DNA from: Rikenellaceae bacterium
GTDB lineage: Bacteria > Bacteroidota > Bacteroidia > Bacteroidales > Rikenellaceae
Assembly: GCA_047174185.1 (NCBI GenBank)
Contig: JBCQUH010000004.1
Location: 2,656-66,655, forward strand
Length of the DNA: 64,000 bases
Reading direction: 5' to 3'
A program made the position numbers and the translations under genes. Of this stretch, positions 56,375-64,000 are shown one piece after another. Numbering within the stretch: the first letter of the stretch is position 1; each line of letters opens with the position of its first letter. The notes beneath the pieces are model-generated. The model was not told the DNA's origin and did not search any database. It saw nothing but the letters and a program-made list of their open reading frames with translations.

Positions 56375-57706
56375 TTACATTTTCAAAGCCTCTACAGCCT
56401 TTCCAAACTCCTCCAACGAGATTTTCTTCTCGTTGACAGTAATCTTCGACTTCATCGACGCAATAACCTTGCCCTCGAACAGACGCTCGTAGACCTTCTG
56501 ACCCTGCTGCTTGTCAGACAGCATCTGCTGTGCATAGTTAGCCAACATATCCTCTGGAGCCATGCCCATACCATACTGCGCCAACTGCATCTGAGCCAAC
56601 GCCTTAGCCTCAGCAACTGCCTCCTCCTGAGTAACGGTAATCTCCTCCGTCTCGATCGTCTTTTTCTGGATATAGTTCCACGAGAACATCTCGATGAAAC
56701 CTGCGAAATCACGCTCTATCTCCTCCATCGAGAAACGTCCCTCGTTGATCGCCACCAACCATCTCTTCAAGAATGGCTCAGGCATCTGCAAGTTAGCCTT
56801 CTCACGAACATACTTCGACAACTGAGCAGCAAACAAATTGTCGCTCTCGCGCGCAAGTTCAACTGCAATTTGTGCATCTACATACTCATCCAACTGAGCC
56901 TCCGATGTTACATCTCCCTCGGGGAATGCCATCTTAAAGAACTCCTCATTAAGCTCTGGATCGGCGAACTTACGGATGTTAGTAATCTCCAACTCAAACT
57001 CTGGGTTGATCGACTCCAACTCCTCCTCCTTAACACTCAAGATCGACGCACGCTGCGAAGCCGTCTTATACAACTCGTTGACATTCACCGTCATCTTGTC
57101 GCCCTTCACCTTGCCAATGAATGGAGCACGCTCCTCCTCGCTCATCGAGATAAGACCCACATAGGCATCCTCGATCTGCATATCACCATTGTCCAAAGTA
57201 ACCGTCAACGCCTCGTCCGATGTCACCGACTCAGCATCGGCCAAACGGCCGAACTTACGAAGGTAATTCGAACGGTAGTCATTGTGCATAGACTCCTCGA
57301 TAGCGATCACATTGTAATCCACCGAGTCGGCTGTGCTAAGAGCCAAGTCATAAACTGGTGCCTCACCAATCTCAAATACAAACTCAAACTCGGTGTTGTT
57401 GTCGAAGTCAAAATCACCCTGCTCCTCCGATGGGATCACATCACCCACGTAGTCGATTCCCTGCTCCTTTAGGTAGTCAAAAACACCCTTCGATGCCGAC
57501 TGATAGGCCTGCTCTGCAAGCACTCCCTTGCCATACATCTTCTTAACAATACCCATAGGCACCATTCCTGGACGGAACCCTGGCACGTTAGCCTTGCGCT
57601 TGTAGTCGCGCAACACCTTATCTACGGCTGTAGCATAATCTGCCTCGCCGACAACAACTTTGATTAGCGAAACACCCTGTTCGCGCTGCTCTCTTACGAT
57701 ATTCAT
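56375..57706 (-). CDS. tig: trigger factor
   Basis: 443 aa with the ribosome-binding N-domain motif (GFRPGMVP). Lies upstream of clpP-clpX as in many bacteria. Confidence 0.88.
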   Translation of the reverse strand: MNIVREQREQGVSLIKVVVGEADYATAVDKVLRDYKRKANVPGFRPGMVPMGIVKKMYGKGVLAEQAYQSASKGVFDYLKEQGIDYVGDVIPSEEQGDFDFDNNTEFEFVFEIGEAPVYDLALSTADSVDYNVIAIEESMHNDYRSNYLRKFGRLADAESVTSDEALTVTLDNGDMQIEDAYVGLISMSEEERAPFIGKVKGDKMTVNVNELYKTASQRASILSVKEEELESINPEFELEITNIRKFADPELNEEFFKMAFPEGDVTSEAQLDEYVDAQIAVELARESDNLFAAQLSKYVREKANLQMPEPFLKRWLVAINEGRFSMEEIERDFAGFIEMFSWNYIQKKTIETEEITVTQEEAVAEAKALAQMQLAQYGMGMAPEDMLANYAQQMLSDKQQGQKVYERLFEGKVIASMKSKITVNEKKISLEEFGKAVEALKM

Positions 57707-57751
57707 ATCTTATTGATCTAAAATTATTTACACACTCCAATACCACATTCA

Positions 57752-57759
57752 CAAATGTA
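57752..57759 (-). promoter_or_regulatory. candidate -7 box (TACATTTG) for tig
   Basis: The minus strand matches TAnnTTTG 46 nt upstream of the ATG at 57706. A second match (TACCTTTG) lies at 57765-57772. Confidence 0.35.
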
Positions 57760-57865
57760 GCGCACAAAGGTATGAAAAAATTTTCAGATTTCATAATTTT
57801 TCGTCGCATCATCACCCAAGGTGTGTTTTTTTTATTAAGGTGTCGAGTATTTCGAGATAAAAGAT

Positions 57866-57873
57866 TATCTTTG
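57866..57873 (+). promoter_or_regulatory. candidate -7 box (TATCTTTG) for the cyclase-metH-metF unit
   Basis: Matches TAnnTTTG 23 nt upstream of the ATG at 57896. Confidence 0.4.
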
Positions 57874-57895
57874 TGAGTTAAAGTATATATTGTAT

Positions 57896-58666
57896 ATGAA
57901 CACTCTTCGTCTAACCCTCTGGCTCATTGTAGCCATTGCCGCAACGACCAGCACAACGATGGCAGCCGTAACCCAATATGGCTACCAAGTCGTCGCACGC
58001 CTACCCCACGCCACAGATCGCTATACGCAGGGGCTACAGGTGGTCGACGGTGAGATGTACGAGAGCACAGGGTTGTATGGCGGTCGATCACGCCTCATGC
58101 GCGTCGATGCCTCGAGCGGTGCGGCTCAAACGCTCGCCACTCTACCCAGCGACCAATTTGGCGAGGGGATAACCATCTTGGGCGACACCATCTATATGCT
58201 CACATGGCGCGAGAACATGCTCTATATGTTTGACCGCACAAGTGGCAAAATAGTAGATACTCGTCAATACATGGGCGAGGGGTGGGGACTCACCAGCGAC
58301 GGCCAACAGATATACATGTCCAACGGATCGAGCCAGATCACCATCCGCCACCGCGAGACATTCGAGCCGATCTCGAGCCACACCGTCACGCTCAACGGAG
58401 AGCCGCTGAAGCTGCTCAACGAGCTGGAGTGGATCGAGGGGCGCATATGGGCAAATATCTACACCACCGATTTCATCGCGATCATCAACCCCACGACGTG
58501 GCAGGTCGAGGGTTGCATAGATCTAAGCGGATTGCTCCCCGACAAGGATCGCACCGCGCAGACCGACGTGCTCAATGGCATAGCCTACGACGAGGCGACG
58601 GGGCGGATCTACCTCACGGGCAAGCTGTGGAACACACTATTCGAGATAAAAATTTTTGAGAGATAA
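57896..58666 (+). CDS. glutaminyl-peptide cyclotransferase (plant-type beta-propeller QC), secreted
   Basis: 256 aa with a signal peptide, YTQGLQVVDGEMYESTGLYGGRS, and WIEGRIWANI...NGIAYD motifs. Confidence 0.8.
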   Translation: MNTLRLTLWLIVAIAATTSTTMAAVTQYGYQVVARLPHATDRYTQGLQVVDGEMYESTGLYGGRSRLMRVDASSGAAQTLATLPSDQFGEGITILGDTIYMLTWRENMLYMFDRTSGKIVDTRQYMGEGWGLTSDGQQIYMSNGSSQITIRHRETFEPISSHTVTLNGEPLKLLNELEWIEGRIWANIYTTDFIAIINPTTWQVEGCIDLSGLLPDKDRTAQTDVLNGIAYDEATGRIYLTGKLWNTLFEIKIFER

Positions 58667-58679
58667 ATATTTTTTTTAC

Positions 58680-61600
58680 GTGCAAAAAAACATCTACACC
58701 GCCCTAGCCGAGAAGATCCTACTTCTCGATGGCGCAATGGGCACAATGATTCAACGTTATGGACTCGCAGAGGAAGATTTCCGCGGCGAGCAGTTTGCTG
58801 CGTGGCACCACAAGTTAAATGGATGCAACGACCTATTGGTGCTCACACGCCCCGATATTATATCACAAATCCACCGCGAGTATCTGATGGCGGGAGCCGA
58901 CATCATCACCTCGTGTACGTTCAATGCCCACCCCATATCGCTTGCCGACTATGGATTGGAGGAGTATTCGTACCAAATATCATATGCAGGGGCGGCCATA
59001 GCGCGTGCGCTGGCCGATGAATTCAATGCACTCAACCCCAATAAACCACGCTTCGTGGCAGGCTCCATTGGCCCTACAATTCGCACCGCGTCGATGTCGG
59101 CCGAGGTCTCGGATCCAGCCTCTCGTAAGGTATCGTTCGACCAGTTGGTCGAGGGGTATACCCCTCAGATCAATGGATTGCTCGATGCAGGAGACGACAT
59201 CATAATCATCGAGACGATCTTCGACTCGCTCAATGCCAAGGCGGCACTCTATGCCATCGACACCGTGGGGCGAGAGAGGGGATACACCATCCCCACGATG
59301 GCCTCGGGTACGTTGGCCGACGCTAGCGGCCGCACACTCACTGGGCAGACTGTCGAGGCGTTTTACGCCTCGCTGTCACATGCAAAGTTGATTTCGATTG
59401 GTTTCAATTGCGCCTTCGGAGCGAAGCAGCTACAGCCATATCTCGAGCAGCTATCGCAGATCGCGAAGTGCGCCATCTCGGCCTATCCCAACGCTGGATT
59501 GCCAAATGTGATGGGTGGCTACGACGAGACACCCGAGATGTTTGCGGCCGATGTCGAGGAGTATCTGCGTCGCGGGTTAATCAATATCGTGGGCGGATGT
59601 TGCGGCACAACGCCTCAACACATCATGCGATTGAGCGAGATTACAAAAAATTACACCCCTCGCATAGCACCACACATCGACCTCTCGACAACGCTGAGCG
59701 GATTAGAGTCGCTGAGCATCTCTCCCGAGGCCAATTTCATCAATGTTGGCGAGCGCAGTAACGTCGCAGGGTCTGCCAAATTTGCACGTTTGATCCGCGA
59801 GGAGCGTTTCGACGAGGCGCTGTCGATCGCCCGTGCACAGGTCGATGCAGGGGCACAGATCATCGACGTATGTATGGACGATGCGATGATCGACGCATCG
59901 CACGCCATGGAGCACTTCTTGTGTTTGATGGCATCGGAGCCAGAGATTGCGCGTGTGCCTGTAATGATCGACTCCTCGAAGTGGGATGTTTTGAAGGTGG
60001 GGTTGAAGGTGTCGCAGGGCAAGAGCATTGTCAACTCGATCTCGATCAAAGAGGGCGAGGAGGAGTTTCTGCGCAAAGCGATGGAGATCCACCGAATGGG
60101 TGCCGCGGCCGTCGTGATGTTGTTCGACGAGCGCGGGCAGGCCGATAGCTACGAGCGCAAGGTGGAGATCGCACAACGCGCCTACAGGCTACTCACCGAG
60201 GCTGGATTCCCAGCCGAAGATATAATCTTCGATGCCAATGTGCTGGCCGTGGCCACAGGCATGGAGGAGCACGACGGATATGCCAAAGCCTTTATCGACG
60301 CTACACGATGGATCAAGGAGAATCTACCCTACGCCAAGGTGTCGGGTGGTGTAAGCAACCTATCATTCTCGTTTAGGGGCAACAACACGGTGCGCGAGGC
60401 TATGCACTCCATCTTTTTGTACCACGCGATCAAGGCTGGAATGGATCTGGCCATTGTCAATGCCCAGATGTTACAGATCTACGACCAGATCGAACCAGAG
60501 CTATTGGCGCGTTGCGAGGATGTAATTTTGTGTCGACGCACAGACGCTGCCGAGCGATTGATCGAGTTGGCAGAGAAGATCAAAAACGAAGCGAGCAACG
60601 ACACAACGGCCAAAACGACCAACATCGTTGAGTGGCGCACACTGCCGCTCGACGAGCGAATTATGTATGCCATGACTAAGGGTGTGGTAGATCATATTGC
60701 CGAGGATGCACAAGAGGGTTACGAGCAGTTGCAATCGCCCATGCGCGTGATCGAGGAGCTGTTGATGCCTGCGATGGAGCATGTGGGGCGACTCTTTGGC
60801 GAGGGCAAGATGTTCTTGCCTCAGGTGGTTAAGACGGCACACGTAATGAAACAAGCAGTAGCACAGCTCACCCCCTATATCGAGGCTCTGCGCGAGGGCG
60901 ATGAGTCGAGCCAAAGCAGCAGCGGCAAGGTGTTGATCGCTACGGTCAAGGGCGATGTGCACGACATTGGCAAAAATATAGTCTCGGTTGTAATGGCCTG
61001 CAACGGCTATGAGATCAACGATCTGGGGGTGATGGTCGAGACCATGCGCATTGTCGACGAGGCGGTGGCGTGGGGAGCCGAAGTGATCTGCATGAGCGGC
61101 TTGATCACTCCATCATTGGAGGAGATGATCCGCGTGGTGGAGGAGTGCGAGAGCCGAGGGTTGCAGATACCTGTCATCATTGGAGGTGCGACCACCTCGC
61201 CTATCCACACCGCGGTGAAGATCGCCCCCCACTACTCGGGAGTTGTGATCCATGCCAACAATGCGAGCGACAACCCTAAGATCCTCGCGCAACTACTAGG
61301 CGAGGAGCGCGAAGAGTATATGAACGATATTCGCCTCATGCAGCAGTCGCTGCGCGAGGAGTATGAGCGAGCGGTGCAACGTCGCAAACTCATACCATTG
61401 GCCACCGCTCGCAAGGCGGCAGAGCCACTGACGACGCAAGATATTACGGCACCACTCCATACGGGTCGATTGGTTCTACCCGATTTCGATATTTCGGATG
61501 TCGAGGAGCTGATAGATTGGAACTTCTTCTTCCCTGCATGGGGGTTGAAGGGTCGCTATCCCGAGATATTGGAGAGCGAGAGGTATGGCGAGGAGGCTCG

Positions 61601-62315
61601 CAAGCTCTTCGACGACGCACAACAGATGTTAGCCAAGTTGCGCGACTCACGGGGGCTAACGCTCCAAGGGGTCGTGGGGATATTCCCTGCACGCAGCGAG
61701 GGTGACGACATAGTGGTTACATCGACAAAGGGTGCGGAGGTTCGCATGGCGATGTTACGCAACCAGACTCAAGGCGAGCGAAACTCTTCGTTGGCCGACT
61801 TCGTGGCGCGCGAAGGTGATCACATCGGCTGCTTCGCATTGACGGCAGGCGTGGGGTTGGAGAGGCTCACAGCGGAGTATCGAGACTCGGGCGACGACTA
61901 CTCGGCAATGTTGGCTAAGTTGTTGGCCGACCGATTGGCCGAGGCCTTTACACACAGAGTACACTCTTTTGTGCGTCGCGAGATGTGGGGCTACGAGAGT
62001 GGCGAGCTGCTAAGCGCCAAAGAGATTATTGCCGAGGAGTATCAAGGTGTCCGCATGGCCTTTGGCTACCCTGCCTGCCCCGACCACTCGCTCAAACGCG
62101 ATGTATTTAGGCTGTTGGGGGTAGAGATGACCACCGCCATGAAGCTCAACGAGAGCAATATGATCGCCCCTGCCGAGTCGCTATGCGGATTGATATTTGC
62201 TAAGGGCGACTACTTCTCAGTTGGTGTGATCGACGAAGATCAGATAGCCGACTATGCGTCGCGTCGCGGAGTGAGTACCGATGAGGTGCGCAGATTATTA
62301 CCAAAAAACATTTAG
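58680..62315 (+). CDS. metH: cobalamin-dependent methionine synthase
   Basis: All modules are recognisable: Hcy (LLLDGAMGTMIQ), pterin, the B12 motif (GDVHDIGKNIV) and the AdoMet activation domain. There is no in-frame ATG before the conserved core. Candidate starts are GTG 58680 or TTG 58656. Confidence 0.9.
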   Translation: MQKNIYTALAEKILLLDGAMGTMIQRYGLAEEDFRGEQFAAWHHKLNGCNDLLVLTRPDIISQIHREYLMAGADIITSCTFNAHPISLADYGLEEYSYQISYAGAAIARALADEFNALNPNKPRFVAGSIGPTIRTASMSAEVSDPASRKVSFDQLVEGYTPQINGLLDAGDDIIIIETIFDSLNAKAALYAIDTVGRERGYTIPTMASGTLADASGRTLTGQTVEAFYASLSHAKLISIGFNCAFGAKQLQPYLEQLSQIAKCAISAYPNAGLPNVMGGYDETPEMFAADVEEYLRRGLINIVGGCCGTTPQHIMRLSEITKNYTPRIAPHIDLSTTLSGLESLSISPEANFINVGERSNVAGSAKFARLIREERFDEALSIARAQVDAGAQIIDVCMDDAMIDASHAMEHFLCLMASEPEIARVPVMIDSSKWDVLKVGLKVSQGKSIVNSISIKEGEEEFLRKAMEIHRMGAAAVVMLFDERGQADSYERKVEIAQRAYRLLTEAGFPAEDIIFDANVLAVATGMEEHDGYAKAFIDATRWIKENLPYAKVSGGVSNLSFSFRGNNTVREAMHSIFLYHAIKAGMDLAIVNAQMLQIYDQIEPELLARCEDVILCRRTDAAERLIELAEKIKNEASNDTTAKTTNIVEWRTLPLDERIMYAMTKGVVDHIAEDAQEGYEQLQSPMRVIEELLMPAMEHVGRLFGEGKMFLPQVVKTAHVMKQAVAQLTPYIEALREGDESSQSSSGKVLIATVKGDVHDIGKNIVSVVMACNGYEINDLGVMVETMRIVDEAVAWGAEVICMSGLITPSLEEMIRVVEECESRGLQIPVIIGGATTSPIHTAVKIAPHYSGVVIHANNASDNPKILAQLLGEEREEYMNDIRLMQQSLREEYERAVQRRKLIPLATARKAAEPLTTQDITAPLHTGRLVLPDFDISDVEELIDWNFFFPAWGLKGRYPEILESERYGEEARKLFDDAQQMLAKLRDSRGLTLQGVVGIFPARSEGDDIVVTSTKGAEVRMAMLRNQTQGERNSSLADFVAREGDHIGCFALTAGVGLERLTAEYRDSGDDYSAMLAKLLADRLAEAFTHRVHSFVRREMWGYESGELLSAKEIIAEEYQGVRMAFGYPACPDHSLKRDVFRLLGVEMTTAMKLNESNMIAPAESLCGLIFAKGDYFSVGVIDEDQIADYASRRGVSTDEVRRLLPKNI

Positions 62316-62323
62316 AAAAAGAG

Positions 62324-63289
62324 ATGAGAGTTACAGATATTATAAAGGAGGCGATCGCTGAGCGTCGCACACGATTTGCATTTGAGCTGCTTCCGCCCCT
62401 CAAAGGTGCAGGGTTGGAGCGTATATACGAGGCTATCGACCCATTGATGGAGTACGATCCAGCCTATATCAATATCACCTTCCACCGCGAGGGTATCATG
62501 GAGAACACCGATAGCGAGGGTTCGACACAGTGGCACGTGGTGCGTCGTCGCCCAGGTACGGTGGGTGTCTCGGCGGCGTTGACCAAGCGCTATGGAGTGC
62601 CTACGGTTCCGCACCTGATATGTGGAGGATTGTCGAAGTACGATACGGAGGATGCTCTGATCGACATGGATTTTTTGGGAATAGAGAATGTATTGGCTCT
62701 GCAGGGTGACCGTTCGCAAAACGAGCGCCACTTTATGCCCCATCAGCAGGGACACTCCCACGCTATTGGATTGGTCAAGCAGATCGCAGCGATGAATCGC
62801 GGAGAGTTTATCGACTCGCAGACTCAGGAGAGCCACCATACCAACTTCGCAATCGGTGTGGCAGGCTACCCCGAGAAGCACTTCGCGGCCAAGAGTTTGG
62901 AGAGCGACATCCAACACCTACGCTCGAAGATCGAGGCTGGTGCGGAGTATGTCATCACACAGCTATTCTACGACAACAGCCACTACTTCCGCTACGTGGA
63001 GGAGTGTCGCAAGGCAGGTATTACGGTGCCTATTATCCCAGGATTGAAACCCCTCTCGACCTATCGTCAGCTCACGGTGTTGCCCGAGACCTTCGCATGT
63101 TCGATGCCCCAGACATTGGTGCGCGAGGTGGAGGCATACAAGGATGACAGCGAGGCTGTTCGCCAGATCGGAATCGAGTGGGCGATTGCCCAAGGTCGCG
63201 AGCTAATGGAGGCAGGAGTGCCTGTGTTGCACTTCTACACCATGAGCCGCACTACGAATATACAGCAGATTGCAAAGTCACTATTTTAA
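62324..63289 (+). CDS. metF: methylenetetrahydrofolate reductase
   Basis: 321 aa with FAFELLPP, TFHREG and the ITQLFYD motif. Confidence 0.9.
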   Translation: MRVTDIIKEAIAERRTRFAFELLPPLKGAGLERIYEAIDPLMEYDPAYINITFHREGIMENTDSEGSTQWHVVRRRPGTVGVSAALTKRYGVPTVPHLICGGLSKYDTEDALIDMDFLGIENVLALQGDRSQNERHFMPHQQGHSHAIGLVKQIAAMNRGEFIDSQTQESHHTNFAIGVAGYPEKHFAAKSLESDIQHLRSKIEAGAEYVITQLFYDNSHYFRYVEECRKAGITVPIIPGLKPLSTYRQLTVLPETFACSMPQTLVREVEAYKDDSEAVRQIGIEWAIAQGRELMEAGVPVLHFYTMSRTTNIQQIAKSLF

Positions 63290-63302
63290 ACCATCTACAA
63301 CC

Positions 63303-64000
63303 ATGAATACGATCGACCCCATAGCCCTGCGCCGACATCTGCATCGCTACCCCGAGCTATCCTACGAGGAGCACGCCACCTCGAGCTACATCTCCCAAGC
63401 GCTCAATGCGTTGGGCATCGAACATAGAGCAGTGGCCAAGACGGGCGTTTTGGCCAAGATCGAGGGGCGAGGCGATCTGCACCGTGCCGTTGTGCTGCGT
63501 GCCGATATCGACGCGCTACCTGTTCACGAGCAGACGGGGTTGGAGTACGCCTCGCAAAACGAGGGTGTGATGCACGCATGCGGACACGACATCCATGCCG
63601 CGGTGTTGTATGGCGTATTGGCCAAGTTGCAGGAGAGTCGCGACTTCGAGGGTACGATTTTTGGGGTGTTCCAACCAGGCGAGGAGCGCAACCCTGGCGG
63701 AGCGTCGTTGGTGTTGGCCGAGGAGCCATTCGAGGGTTACGATGTTGTGGCGGTTGTTGGCCAACATGTCGAGGGTCAGTTCGAGGTTGGGCGATTGGGA
63801 TTTCGTTGTGGCAAGTATATGGCCTCGAGCGACGAGATACGCTTCACGATCCATGGCGTAGGCGGCCACGGAGCTATGCGCGAGCGGATCAAAGATCCAG
63901 TGCAGGCGGCGGCAGCGATGTTGTTGAATTTGATCTCGCTCAACAAAGAGGAGTTGGTGTTGTCGATCGGCAAGGTGGTGGCCGACGGAGCGACGAATGT
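63303..64000 (+). CDS. M20D family amidohydrolase (N-acyl-amino acid amidohydrolase-like), 3' end outside the window
   Basis: Open frame from the ATG at 63303 that I translated by hand: MNTIDPIALRRHLHRYPELSYEEHATS...RADIDALP...MHACGHDIH. It is not in the ORF track because no stop lies within the window. Confidence 0.8.
   Translation, partial: MNTIDPIALRRHLHRYPELSYEEHATSSYISQALNALGIEHRAVAKTGVLAKIEGRGDLHRAVVLRADIDALPVHEQTGLEYASQNEGVMHACGHDIHAAVLYGVLAKLQESRDFEGTIFGVFQPGEERNPGGASLVLAEEPFEGYDVVAVVGQHVEGQFEVGRLGFRCGKYMASSDEIRFTIHGVGGHGAMRERIKDPVQAAAAMLLNLISLNKEELVLSIGKVVADGATN

Overview
This window looks like a Bacteroidota (probably Bacteroidales) chromosomal segment. The evidence is start codons without Shine-Dalgarno sequences, TAnnTTTG-type -7 promoter boxes, many lipoprotein signal peptides (..SC/GC..), a DUF5606 gene and several sulfatases. 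Most of it is tightly packed housekeeping operons that I recognise from their translated motifs: ilvD-ilvB-ilvN-ilvC-ilvA, proC-proB-proA, rsmA, recQ, lptB-aroA-aroC-prmC-recX, an mscS-like gene, dusB, ybeY / envC-like / TPR protein / pheS, tkt, tig / clpP-clpX, glutaminyl cyclase-metH-metF, and a partial M20 amidohydrolase at the right edge.

Accessory genes sit between these operons:
- four Ser-type sulfatases, two of them a tandem paralog pair next to a heparinase II/III-like lyase, with no SusC/SusD or regulator in view;
- a double DUF1566 lipoprotein with a roughly 200-aa Met/Arg/Gly/Gln-rich low-complexity core;
- a B12-binding radical SAM (DUF4080-like) enzyme;
- two paralogous lipoproteins that share three copies of a ~188-aa module fused to different C-terminal domains;
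- an RmlC-like cupin that appears to lack catalytic residues.

The strongest candidate for a new system is an orphan module at 36.5-39.1 kb. It is a cI/LexA-type S24 repressor divergent from a very acidic 97-aa ORF that is translationally coupled to an apparently intact large terminase. No other phage genes are present, and housekeeping genes flank it almost directly.

Several intergenic regions are elaborate palindromes, including a 264-bp one at 22.3 kb and a 30-bp nested inverted repeat at 12.1 kb. The left-edge MG2-family gene is broken into three frames. I found no rRNA, tRNA or CRISPR array. All calls come from reading the sequence and from remembered family motifs; no database searches were run.
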